Shown in pieces: positions 8,965 to 18,129 of a stretch of DNA of 64,000 nt. The stretch is from positions 1-64,000 of the forward strand of contig JBNKUM010000094.1 of NCBI GenBank assembly GCA_050298595.1. The letters run 5' to 3'. Both the position numbers and the translations under genes were made by a program. Source of the stretch: Gammaproteobacteria bacterium. Its GTDB lineage: Bacteria; Pseudomonadota; Gammaproteobacteria; GCA-001735895. Within the stretch, counting starts at the first letter, position 1. Each line of letters begins with the position of its first letter. The notes beneath the pieces are model-generated. The model was not told the DNA's origin. It was given only the letters and a program-made list of their open reading frames with translations, and did no database searches.

Positions 8965-10166
8965 ATATTTCTGAAGTCAGTCAGCAATTATCGAGTTTGT
9001 TGAGTAAGGCAGGAAGTCTGTTTCTAGCTGCTAATGATGACTTTACTAATCAGCTAACCATTGGGCAGATATTAAAAGGAAAAATGCTACGAAGCTATGA
9101 CGGGGGAAGATATGCTGTCGATTTTAATGGGCAAGAGAAAATTGTTGATAGCAGTGTACCTCTTAAAACGGGTGAGTTGATATATGGACGAGTTGTTAGA
9201 CTGGGCGATAAGGTTGAGCTTAAAAGACTGGCAGTTCCAGGTGAATATTCTCAGTTGAGTGAAACTCAGTCTCGGCCCCAAATTTTATCAAGCAAGTGGG
9301 AGTCTATGTTGCTAGAGGCTATGCAGGACTTTCATGTGGAATTTTCTGCACAGGAAAAAACGACAATTATTTCAATGCTAAAGCGTGTGGAGCAACCGCA
9401 AAGTTTATTAATGAGTGCAATAGCTCTAGTAAAACAAAACCTTCCTGTCTCAGAGCAATTATTACAGTTGCTGAGTGAGTTGAAAAAAGAACGCTTTTCA
9501 TTATTACCTGTTGACCAGGTTGCTCCAAGGCTTGAGTACGCAGAGGTGGCTGGTGAGGAATTTAATTCAGTAGTCCTAACAGGTTTGATTAATGAATTCA
9601 TGCGTTTGGTTGATGAGCAAAAACATATTACCCAGGAATTTTTTGAGAAAAATTCTATGCAAAACCAAAGCGGGGAAACTTCGGTTTCTTCGCAAGAGCA
9701 AGAGCGCTTTAATCAAAATCAAAACTTTGCAATGAAATGGCAGTTGCTAAATTCTCAAATTGATGGGGCGGTTCAACACAGGGTAGTGACCCTGCCTTTA
9801 TGGTTAGCTGATCGATTAGTTGAGGTTAATATTGCTATCTACGAACAGAATAAAAGGCATCAGCATGCAGAGGATATTAAGTTCAGGAAAATTATATTTT
9901 CTTTACAGCTTGAAAATTTGGGACAAGTGGATATAGAAATGATACTGCAAAATAAAAGTGCACGTTTACACATCACTTCGGAATCACGTGACTCGACGGA
10001 ATATCTGTTGGAGTATGCAACTGATCTAAATCGGGATTTAAAACATCACGAATGGTCGCTTGACGAAGTCGCCTATTCTACGAAAACATCTGATGAGCAA
10101 GGTAATGTGTTGAATTCAATAATTCAACACTATGTGGCTCAAGATAGCTTAAGCCAGTTGATGTGA
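8961..10166 (+). CDS. FliK-like protein with a C-terminal hook-length-control (T3S4-like) domain
   Basis: C-terminal FSLQLENLGQVDIEMILQNKSARLHITSES...LNRDLKHHEW pattern; directly upstream of a small FlhB-C homologue. Confidence 0.6.
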   Translation: MNISEVSQQLSSLLSKAGSLFLAANDDFTNQLTIGQILKGKMLRSYDGGRYAVDFNGQEKIVDSSVPLKTGELIYGRVVRLGDKVELKRLAVPGEYSQLSETQSRPQILSSKWESMLLEAMQDFHVEFSAQEKTTIISMLKRVEQPQSLLMSAIALVKQNLPVSEQLLQLLSELKKERFSLLPVDQVAPRLEYAEVAGEEFNSVVLTGLINEFMRLVDEQKHITQEFFEKNSMQNQSGETSVSSQEQERFNQNQNFAMKWQLLNSQIDGAVQHRVVTLPLWLADRLVEVNIAIYEQNKRHQHAEDIKFRKIIFSLQLENLGQVDIEMILQNKSARLHITSESRDSTEYLLEYATDLNRDLKHHEWSLDEVAYSTKTSDEQGNVLNSIIQHYVAQDSLSQLM

Positions 10167-10170
10167 TGCT

Positions 10171-10455
10171 ATGACTGAGACTGAGCCATTTCAAAAAGTT
10201 GTGGGTCTGCAGTATGAACCGGGTGATGGTCTTCCAAAGGTGATAGTTAAAGGCAGCGGAAAGATAGCGGAAAAAATACTGCAAAAAAAAACATTACGCG
10301 GATCGCCTAAGGTATTTAAAAATAAGGAATTAGTAGACAAGCTCTTTCGGCTTCCAGTTGATGCGGAAATTAGCAGGGATACTTTCCAGTTGGTTGCAAT
10401 TTTATTGGCACATGTTTTTTCAATTGAAGAAAAGTTGAAACAGAAAAATGAGTGA
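10171..10455 (+). CDS. Stand-alone FlhB C-terminal-domain homologue (FlhX/YlqH-like)
   Basis: VVGLQYEPGDGLPKVIVKGSGKIAEKIL...LVDKLFRLPVDAEI...LVAILLA aligns by eye with the post-NPTH part of FlhB. Confidence 0.85.
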   Translation: MTETEPFQKVVGLQYEPGDGLPKVIVKGSGKIAEKILQKKTLRGSPKVFKNKELVDKLFRLPVDAEISRDTFQLVAILLAHVFSIEEKLKQKNE

Positions 10456-11197
10456 TGGTTTAAATATTTCAGAGATTTCATTACAGAATGATCTTAAGCG
10501 GATGCAAGCTATTAGCCATAACCTGGCGAATGTCAATACACCGGGTTATAAACAGCAAATTTTAAGGGCTCAGGGGTTTGATGAAGTGCTCGATATTTCT
10601 CTTAAAGAGCAGTCTGGCTCAACCGGTATGGTGTCAATATCGGTACAGAAACCTGTACTTAATTCGGTTGTTGATACGCATACAGCGGCGCTTAAATACA
10701 CAGGGGATCCGTTGGATCTGGCATTAAGCGATAATATTTATTACAGCGTGATGACTGCGCAAGGTGAGGCTTATAGTCGACAGGGAGATTTGCATATCGA
10801 TGCACGCGGTAGGCTAGTGAATGTATCTGGATTACCTGTCATGGGTATGGGTGGGGAAATACGATTAACAACGGATAAACCGTTGATCAATCAGCAGGGA
10901 CAGATTTATGTTAACGAGCAGCTCGTTGGGCAACTAAGGCTGGTCAAAATACCTGTTGATTCAGTTGTTTCCAGTCTGGGAGGTTCCTTGTATAAGGGGT
11001 CAAAAAGTATTGATGTATCAGATCAGGAAGGTTTAGTCCATCAAGGGTTTATCGAAGCCTCAAATGTCAATATGACAGATGAAATGGTGAAGATGATCGA
11101 GCTAACCAGGCACTTTGAATCATCTCAACGAGTAGTTCGGGGTTATGATCAAATGCTTGATAGCGCAATTAATATTATTGGTGATATGCAGAACTAA
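10448..11197 (+). CDS. flgF: Proximal rod protein FlgF
   Basis: ISHNLANVNTPGYK N-terminus, TGDPLDLAL, QGFIEASNVN..EMVKMI C-terminus; precedes flgG. Confidence 0.85.
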   Translation: MSDGLNISEISLQNDLKRMQAISHNLANVNTPGYKQQILRAQGFDEVLDISLKEQSGSTGMVSISVQKPVLNSVVDTHTAALKYTGDPLDLALSDNIYYSVMTAQGEAYSRQGDLHIDARGRLVNVSGLPVMGMGGEIRLTTDKPLINQQGQIYVNEQLVGQLRLVKIPVDSVVSSLGGSLYKGSKSIDVSDQEGLVHQGFIEASNVNMTDEMVKMIELTRHFESSQRVVRGYDQMLDSAINIIGDMQN

Positions 11198-11207
11198 GGG
11201 GAAAGAT

Positions 11208-11987
11208 ATGACGGATTCGCTATACATCGCTGCAACAGGTATGCATATACAGCAGCAGCAAATAAATGTTATTTCAAATAACCTGGCAAATGTAAATACG
11301 CCAGGATATAAAAAAAGTGGTATTTCTTTTACTGATTTAATGTACCGAGAAGTAAACAATCAGGCGCAGGTTTCAAATAATGGTATTGGCTCTTTTGAAA
11401 TGGGTTCGGGAGCTTCTATTACGGGTTCTAGCAAAGTGTTCACATTGGGTGAAACAAAAACTACTGATCGCCCACTTGATGTGGCGATTAATGGTGATGG
11501 TTTTTTTGAGGTCAACTTACTGGATGGAAGAAAGGCTTATACTCGGAATGGTTCTTTAAGTATTTCATCAGAGGGGCTTTTGGTTGCTAATAATGGTTAT
11601 GAGTTGTCCCCTTCGATCCAGATACCTGAAGATGCTTCAGATATTGTGATAACTAAAGATGGTAGTGTCAAAGCAGTAGTGCCAGGTGAGAATGATCTGG
11701 TAGATGTTGGCCAGATAGAATTGGTTAGTTTTGTTAGCACGGAACACCTTAAGCCTATTGGTAATAACCTGTACTTACCGACAGAGGAGTCTGGTGACTC
11801 ATTGATAGGTCGTCCTGGAGAGGATGATCTAGGCACTCTGGCTCAGGGTTTTCTTGAGGGTTCAAATGTAAATTTAATTAATGAATTAACTAATCTGATT
11901 TTAGCGCAAAGAGCTTATGAAATTAATTCGAAAGTAATTCAGGCTTCAGATGAATTATTGACTCTAAGCAATAACATGCGCAGATAG
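11208..11987 (+). CDS. flgG: Distal rod protein FlgG
   Basis: SLYIAATGM..QQ..INVISNNLANVNTPGYK, QGFLEGSNVN...AQRAYEINSKVI. Start moved to ATG 11208 after an AGGGG RBS. Confidence 0.92.
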   Translation: MTDSLYIAATGMHIQQQQINVISNNLANVNTPGYKKSGISFTDLMYREVNNQAQVSNNGIGSFEMGSGASITGSSKVFTLGETKTTDRPLDVAINGDGFFEVNLLDGRKAYTRNGSLSISSEGLLVANNGYELSPSIQIPEDASDIVITKDGSVKAVVPGENDLVDVGQIELVSFVSTEHLKPIGNNLYLPTEESGDSLIGRPGEDDLGTLAQGFLEGSNVNLINELTNLILAQRAYEINSKVIQASDELLTLSNNMRR

Positions 11988-12010
11988 GACTTGCTGGGAT
12001 TTATATTAAG

Positions 12011-12982
12011 ATGCAAATAAATTTATTTTTCATTTTATTATTTTTTTTTCTGATGCTTACGAGCCCAGGGTTAAGAGCAAGTAAGGCATTGATAGGTATT
12101 GATATAAATAAAAGCGTAATTGTCAGTAATCCTTTTGTGGTTTTGAAAGATGTTGCGGATATAAAAACTTCTGATTTGGGGGCTCGACTGCAGTTGGAAA
12201 ATATAGCTTTGGTAAAATCCCCCAGAGTTGGGTACTCAAAAGAAATATCACGGGTGCAGATACAGTCTCGAATAAGAGAGAGTTTGAATATCGATCCTAA
12301 ACTTCTGGTTTGGAAGGGGGCAGATAGTGTGCGAGTAGATCTTGCTAGTCAAAAGCTAGCATATCCACGGTTGCTGGAAAAAGCAAAAAGCTTTATCCAT
12401 GCTCAGCTAAACAGTATTGGTCGTGAAGTCAAAGCGAAGACAGTTCGAATAAAACAGGATATCAGTTTACCTTTTGGGAAGATTACATTAGTCCCTAGAA
12501 TGAATTCTGAGTTTATAAGCAAAAGAATGTGTGTTTGGGTGGATGTTTTCACAGATAACAATTTTTATCGTAGCGTCCCGGTCTGGTTTCATATGGATGT
12601 GTTGGAGGATGTGTATGTGGCTAAATTCAGGTATAGAGAACGAGATATTATAAGACCTGAAAATTTTGAACTTGTCAGGACAGATGTTACGAAAATCTCC
12701 GGTCAACATGTCAAATCAGAAAGCTTTAAGAAATCTGTATTATTGCTTAAAAACCTATCACAGGGAGATGTTTTGTTGTCAAAAAATATTAAAAATGTAC
12801 CTGCTGTGATTGAAGGGAAAATTCTGGATCTTGAAGTGTCTGAAGGTAGTGTTCGTTTAAAGTTAAAAGCGATTGCAGAAAAAGATGCTGAAATTGGAGA
12901 GATTTTAAAAGTCAAGGTGCTAAATGGAAAAGAGTTTGTGAAAGCCAGAGTTGTAGGTAAGCATTTTGCAAGGGTTATATAA
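12011..12982 (+). CDS. flgA: P-ring assembly chaperone FlgA (long form, 323 aa)
   Basis: Signal peptide, C-terminal AEKDAEIGEILKVKVL..KEFVKARVVG; position between flgG and flgH. Confidence 0.8.
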   Translation: MQINLFFILLFFFLMLTSPGLRASKALIGIDINKSVIVSNPFVVLKDVADIKTSDLGARLQLENIALVKSPRVGYSKEISRVQIQSRIRESLNIDPKLLVWKGADSVRVDLASQKLAYPRLLEKAKSFIHAQLNSIGREVKAKTVRIKQDISLPFGKITLVPRMNSEFISKRMCVWVDVFTDNNFYRSVPVWFHMDVLEDVYVAKFRYRERDIIRPENFELVRTDVTKISGQHVKSESFKKSVLLLKNLSQGDVLLSKNIKNVPAVIEGKILDLEVSEGSVRLKLKAIAEKDAEIGEILKVKVLNGKEFVKARVVGKHFARVI

Positions 12983-12995
12983 ATTGAGAAATACA

Positions 12996-13565
12996 ATGGG
13001 AAAGTTCGTGATAATTCTTGCATTCATGATTTTTTATAGTTGTGAGTCATATGCGACCAGTATGTATAGCGAATCAAATTATGTTTCATTAGTGAGTGAT
13101 AAGGTTGCGCGTAATGTTGGTGATGGTGTAACCGTTCTTATTTATGAATCAGCTTCAGCTTCGGCATCAAATAATACGGAAACTAATCGTAAGACAGATG
13201 TAAAGGTTGGCGTGGTAGATGCGAATCAATATCCAGATAACAGGAGTATAGGAATTGACTCGAATTTTAATGGCGGTGGAGATCTGAATCGAACTGGGAA
13301 TTTACTAGCCAAAATTACTGCTCGCATCATAGAGATAGACGGTAACGGTGAGATGTTGATTGAAGGGAAGCAATTTATTGAGCTCAATGATGATAAACAA
13401 ACGATTACTCTATCAGGTCGGATAAGAAAAGAGGATATTGGTCCCAATAATACGGTTGTCTCTACGAGATTGTCCGATGCGAAAATTAAATATCTCACAG
13501 AAGGAACCTTAGCTGATCGTCAGAAGCCAGGGTGGATTACACGTTTCTTTGACTGGGTATTTTAA
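12996..13565 (+). CDS. flgH: L-ring protein FlgH
   Basis: SDKVARNVGDGVTVLIYE, GEMLIEGKQ, LSGRIRKEDI..NTVVSTRLSDAKIKY, GWITRFF. Confidence 0.9.
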   Translation: MGKFVIILAFMIFYSCESYATSMYSESNYVSLVSDKVARNVGDGVTVLIYESASASASNNTETNRKTDVKVGVVDANQYPDNRSIGIDSNFNGGGDLNRTGNLLAKITARIIEIDGNGEMLIEGKQFIELNDDKQTITLSGRIRKEDIGPNNTVVSTRLSDAKIKYLTEGTLADRQKPGWITRFFDWVF

Positions 13566-13581
13566 TGTGGGGTTGCTCTCT

Positions 13582-14712
13582 GTGAAAAAACACATCTCTT
13601 TAGCTCTAGTTTTACTTGTTTTTGCAAGTTGGGGGGGGGGTAGCCAGGCTAGTGTGAATGGTGGGGTGCGAATTAAAGATATTAGCCGTGTTGCTGGTGT
13701 CAGAGATAACTCTTTGATTGGATATGGTATCGTCACCGGTCTATCAGGAACAGGTGATTCCACGCGTAGTAAAGCTACTGTCCAGTCAGTTAATAATCTA
13801 CTAGAGCGTTTTGGGGTGCATGTTTCTGATAAGCAGATTCATAGTCAAAATGTCGCAGCTGTGATCGTTGCGGCAACATTGCCAGCTTACTCTAGAATGG
13901 GGGATAAGGTTGATGTGAATGTTACTTCGATAGGAGATTCAAGGAGTCTACTTGGGGGTACATTGTTATTAACTAATTTAACTGGCCCTGATGGTAAAAC
14001 TTACGCTCTTGCACAGGGGCCTGTTTCAATTGGTGGATTTAAGTACGATTACAATGGGAATGTAGTTCAAAAAAACCATCCTACTGCGGGCACTATACCG
14101 GCTGGTGCGACAATCGAAAAATCACTGCAGACTCATGTTGTAAACAGTAATGGGGAATTGGAGATATTGCTTAATGAACCAGATAATACTACTGCAGATA
14201 GGATTGCCAGGGCAATAAATAAACAAGTAAGGAAAAGCATTTCAAAAGCTGTTGATGCTGGGCGAGTATTGGTAAATTTAAATCAACAACAGGCTGTAAA
14301 CGTTGTTAGTTTCTTAACTCAAATTGAGAACTTGAAAGTGACTCCAGACTACCGTTCAAAGGTAGTGGTTAATGAAAGAACAGGTACTGTAGTGTCGGGA
14401 GGGAATGTGAGTATATCTTCTGTTAGTGTTACCCATGGTGAATTAAAACTCATCGTAGAGACAGATTTTACTGTATCTCAACCGGAACTGGTCAGGGATA
14501 CTGGATCTGATGTACGTACACAAGTAGTAGCAAACTCTACTATGGATGTTTCTGAAGGTGGATCGACTAATTTGACTTTTTCTGAAAATACAACTGTATC
14601 TGATCTAGTCGCCGCATTGAATAAAGTTAAAGTGAGTAGTCGCGATATTATTTCTATATTGTTATCTATTAAGCGTGCTGGTGCATTACACGCAGAATTA
14701 ATCATTCAGTAA
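13582..14712 (+). CDS. flgI: P-ring protein FlgI
   Basis: VRIKDI..VAGVRDNSLIGYGIVTGLSGTGD, KVVVNERTGTVV, IKRAGALHAELII. Likely GTG start at 13582. Confidence 0.95.
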   Translation: MKKHISLALVLLVFASWGGGSQASVNGGVRIKDISRVAGVRDNSLIGYGIVTGLSGTGDSTRSKATVQSVNNLLERFGVHVSDKQIHSQNVAAVIVAATLPAYSRMGDKVDVNVTSIGDSRSLLGGTLLLTNLTGPDGKTYALAQGPVSIGGFKYDYNGNVVQKNHPTAGTIPAGATIEKSLQTHVVNSNGELEILLNEPDNTTADRIARAINKQVRKSISKAVDAGRVLVNLNQQQAVNVVSFLTQIENLKVTPDYRSKVVVNERTGTVVSGGNVSISSVSVTHGELKLIVETDFTVSQPELVRDTGSDVRTQVVANSTMDVSEGGSTNLTFSENTTVSDLVAALNKVKVSSRDIISILLSIKRAGALHAELIIQ

Positions 14713-14721
14713 GGGGGTATT

Positions 14722-14994
14722 ATGGAGATATCAGCAAGCATGCCGATAGCCTATTTCAATGAAAAGGTTTCGGAGAACTCTGGGAGTGTGGATAAAACAC
14801 TAAATAAAATGTATTTCGAAATTATGCTTAAAGAAGCTTTTTCAACACCGACGGCCGATGATAAGCTGAGCCCTTCATTCAAGGTTTTTAATGATGTATA
14901 TATGCAAAGTTTTATAAATAATTTTTCTCAAGAGCATGAATTAGGTTTTGGGCAGATGAAGTTAGCTGAATTAGAGAATGGTAAGGAGATGTAA
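14722..14994 (+). CDS. Short FlgJ-like rod-capping protein with no muramidase domain
   Basis: Follows flgI; YFEIMLKEA...FNDVYMQSF...ELGFGQM resembles the FlgJ rod-binding domain; 90 aa. Confidence 0.55.
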   Translation: MEISASMPIAYFNEKVSENSGSVDKTLNKMYFEIMLKEAFSTPTADDKLSPSFKVFNDVYMQSFINNFSQEHELGFGQMKLAELENGKEM

Positions 14995-15371
14995 TGGCAA
15001 TAGAAATAAGTGGTCCTGTTAATAACCTGGTGGCTTTAGCATTAAATGCAGCAACAATGCGTCACGATGCTATTTCAAATAATATTGCGAATATAAATAC
15101 ACCAGGCTACAAACCTTTGCGTGTCAGTTTTGAGGAACAATTGAAACTGTCATTAACACCTTCCTTGATGCGTGATGATGTGGTAGTAAAAAAAACATTA
15201 GCATCTTTGCGGCCCGAAATATTTGAGGTGGAGTCAGTGAATCAGATTAATCAACTAGATCTTGAGATGGTTGAAATGGCTAAAAATACACTTCGATACG
15301 AAACTCTTTTGAAGGGGCTTAGTAGCTATGGCGCAATAACCAAAATGGCTATTAAAGAGGGTAAGGTCTAA
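14994..15371 (+). CDS. flgB: Rod protein FlgB
   Basis: RHDAISNNIANINTPGYKP..VSFEEQL, LDLEMVEMAKNTLRYE. Confidence 0.92.
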   Translation: MAIEISGPVNNLVALALNAATMRHDAISNNIANINTPGYKPLRVSFEEQLKLSLTPSLMRDDVVVKKTLASLRPEIFEVESVNQINQLDLEMVEMAKNTLRYETLLKGLSSYGAITKMAIKEGKV

Positions 15372-15805
15372 TGGATTATTTATCAACATTTGATATTAGC
15401 GCATCGGGGATGGCAATCGAAAAAACTCGTATGGATTTGATCTCCCTGAACCTTGCCAATGCAAAGACTACACGCACAAGTCAAGGCGGTATCTATCGAC
15501 CCATGGAGTTAATAACAAGGCCAAGTCACAGTCAGTTTAGTATGCTGTTGGATAATCAATACTCAATTAGCTATCCCAGAGGTGTTGAGATTGATGAAGT
15601 CGTTGAAAAAGATGTTCCAGAAAAACTTTCTTATGAGCCAGGCCATCCAGATGCTGATAAGAGGGGGTTCGTGCATTATCCGGGTGTGGATTCAACCACT
15701 GAAATGATTAATTTAATAAAAGCCACGCGAGCTTATGAGGCTAATGTTCGTGCATTAAATGCAGCAAAATTGATGGCTAATAAAGCTTTACTGATAGGCA
15801 ACTAA
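15371..15805 (+). CDS. flgC: Rod protein FlgC
   Basis: FDISASGM..EKTRMDLISLNLANA.TTR, YEPGHPDADKRGFV.YP, RAYEANV. Confidence 0.95.
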   Translation: MDYLSTFDISASGMAIEKTRMDLISLNLANAKTTRTSQGGIYRPMELITRPSHSQFSMLLDNQYSISYPRGVEIDEVVEKDVPEKLSYEPGHPDADKRGFVHYPGVDSTTEMINLIKATRAYEANVRALNAAKLMANKALLIGN

Positions 15806-15806
15806 T

Positions 15807-16115
15807 ATGAATATAGAATCTTTAACTTCTATTGGTGCTATAGACACTTTGTCGGATAGCAGTGTTTTAGAGGTAAAACCCGATGTTAATAAGGGAGTTA
15901 GTTTTTCGGAAGTTATTTCTGAATACTATACACAAGTAAATGATCAAATTAATCAGGCTGATTTTAATTTAAGAGAATTTGCTGTGGGGAACTCGACGAA
16001 TATTCATGACTTACTCATTTCTATAGAAAAAGCGAAGACATCATTTGAATTGGGTTTACAGGTTCGCAATCGTTTGATGGAAGGCTATCAAGAATTGATG
16101 CGGATGCAGGTGTAA
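15807..16115 (+). CDS. fliE: Hook-basal-body protein FliE
   Basis: IHDLLISIEKAKTSFELGLQVRNRLMEGYQELMRMQV. Confidence 0.95.
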   Translation: MNIESLTSIGAIDTLSDSSVLEVKPDVNKGVSFSEVISEYYTQVNDQINQADFNLREFAVGNSTNIHDLLISIEKAKTSFELGLQVRNRLMEGYQELMRMQV

Positions 16116-16147
16116 GATTTTTTAATAATATTTGATAAGAAGAAACT

Positions 16148-17578
16148 ATGTGGTCTGAATTAGACAAAAATACCAGACGTAGCCTGGTTATAGGAATTTC
16201 TGTATTAGTTGCTCTAACAGCAGTGCTTGTTCTCTGGGTGTATTCTGGAGGCCAAAAAACTTTGTTTAATAATCTGGAAAACAATGAAGCAGCCAGGGTT
16301 ATTGCAGTATTAGAAGAAATGAAAGTGCCTTATACGTTGGCTGATAATGGATCTTCAATTTTAGTTAGTGAAGAAAAAGTTGATGAGTTAAGAGTAAAAC
16401 TTGAGGGCCGGGGGATTACTGCTGATACAAGCACTGGTTTTGAGTTGTTTGATAATGCAGATATTGGCATGACTGAGTATAACCAGAAAATAAATTTTCT
16501 TCGTGCAATGCAGGGTGAATTGGCACGTTCAGTGATGGCAATAGAAGGTGTTAAGTTTGCCAGAGTGCATTTAGTGCTTCCTGAAACTAGTTTGTTCAAA
16601 CAGAAAAAAAATGCTCCCACGGCTTCAGTGACTGTTATTCCTGAAAAGGATTACAAGCTGCAGAATGATCAGGTTGCAAGTATTCAAAGATTAGTTGCTG
16701 CAGCGACTCCGGGTATTGAACAAGATAATGTAACTATTATTGATAATTATGGACATACTTTATCTCGTACTGATAGTGAATCTAGTGCTGAGAATATTAC
16801 CAGTATGCTTTTAAAGAAAAGGCATGAAGTGGAGAGTTATTTGCAAAGTAAAGTAGATCGAATTTTAGCTAAGGCTTTTGGAGATGAAAAGTCAGTAGCA
16901 ATGATATCTGTCGATTTGAATTTGGATAAAGTACATCGAAAAGAAGAAGTTGTATTACCTAATGGAACGAAAGATGTAGGTTTATTACGGAAAAGAGAGA
17001 TGTTACCTCAGACTTCGGTTAAAAATAAAAATAAAAATAAAAATGTCAATGGTTCTTCATCAGTAGAAGTGGAATATCAGATAAGTAAGCGTATAGAGGA
17101 AATTATTTCAATGCCAGGCGCCATAAGCAAGATTCAGCTTGGTGTTCTAGTTCCTGAAAACACAGATGATAATCAAGTTAGTCATTTAAAAGATGTTATT
17201 GGGATGTCGATAGGCCTGGATGTTAAAAGAGGGGATAGTATTTCCATTTATCCTATGGCTATGGAACACTTAAATGAAATATCTATCAATAATGTTCCGA
17301 CTTCTATGACAAGTACTGAGGCGAAAGATGAGCAGGTCAATAATCTAGCAGGGCTAGATGCTAAAAATATAAATGAGAGAGAGAGTTATACTTTAAGTAT
17401 CGAATCTGAATCTTATTTGATCGCTGGTTTAGCTGGTTTGCTAATCTTGAGTTTAATTTTATTAATTCTCTCTATAAGAAGTAAAAATAAAATCAAAATA
17501 AAGCCTTTATCTTCAAAAGAAAGGGAAGCTCTGTTAGCTCAATTTAAGCAATGGCTCAATAGTGAGACAGCCTTGTAA
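16148..17578 (+). CDS. fliF: MS-ring protein FliF
   Basis: N-terminal TM, GFELFD, RAMQGELARSV, ARVHLVLPE.SLF, C-terminal TM; 476 aa. Confidence 0.92.
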   Translation: MWSELDKNTRRSLVIGISVLVALTAVLVLWVYSGGQKTLFNNLENNEAARVIAVLEEMKVPYTLADNGSSILVSEEKVDELRVKLEGRGITADTSTGFELFDNADIGMTEYNQKINFLRAMQGELARSVMAIEGVKFARVHLVLPETSLFKQKKNAPTASVTVIPEKDYKLQNDQVASIQRLVAAATPGIEQDNVTIIDNYGHTLSRTDSESSAENITSMLLKKRHEVESYLQSKVDRILAKAFGDEKSVAMISVDLNLDKVHRKEEVVLPNGTKDVGLLRKREMLPQTSVKNKNKNKNVNGSSSVEVEYQISKRIEEIISMPGAISKIQLGVLVPENTDDNQVSHLKDVIGMSIGLDVKRGDSISIYPMAMEHLNEISINNVPTSMTSTEAKDEQVNNLAGLDAKNINERESYTLSIESESYLIAGLAGLLILSLILLILSIRSKNKIKIKPLSSKEREALLAQFKQWLNSETAL

Positions 17579-18108
17579 TGTCTCATATTAATCTATATAA
17601 AAAAGCAGCTATCACAGCCTATTTCCTTAGTGAAACAGATCGGCATTGGTTGTTTAATAACTTGAACAAAGAAGAAAACTTGAAATTGTCAAAGTACTTA
17701 AATGAGCTAAATAATATAGGCATCCCACAAGATGAAGAAATGAAAAAACTTTTATTCTCACGAATAAATATTGACCCTAATGATCAGTTGCACAATCTAA
17801 TCCAGGAGATTATTCAGCTTGATGCTTCAATTTTATCCAGGTTTATTGATCGTGAAGCACTCTGGATAGGATTTTTTCTAGTTCGTCGTTACCCATTGAT
17901 ATTTGATAATCATTTTATTGGGACCCTGGCTAATAATACAAAGGATAAATTGTTACAGATGATGGGGGGGCATGGTTTAAGGACAACAGAAAAGGCAGAT
18001 AAGGCTATATTGAAAAGTATCAGCGAAAAGATGCTGGTGCTTTTACGAGGTAATGAAAAGTCAGCAGGTGGCTTTTCTGAAGTGATAGATGCGCAGCTTT
18101 GTGAATAA
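17578..18108 (+). CDS. Hypothetical protein at the fliG position, probably a highly reduced FliG-like protein
   Basis: Lies between fliF and fliH with a TAATG overlap. N-terminal KKAAI resembles FliG KAAILL, but it is only 176 aa with no EHPQ or MFxF motif. Confidence 0.45.
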   Translation: MSHINLYKKAAITAYFLSETDRHWLFNNLNKEENLKLSKYLNELNNIGIPQDEEMKKLLFSRINIDPNDQLHNLIQEIIQLDASILSRFIDREALWIGFFLVRRYPLIFDNHFIGTLANNTKDKLLQMMGGHGLRTTEKADKAILKSISEKMLVLLRGNEKSAGGFSEVIDAQLCE

Positions 18109-18129
18109 TTCTAAGGAGAGTATTGGTTA

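Noticed and set aside
10283-12049. A9 (10283-10291) and T9 (12041-12049) runs as phase-variation tracts
   Set aside because: A/T runs of this length are expected in such AT-rich sequence, unlike the G10 in flgI.
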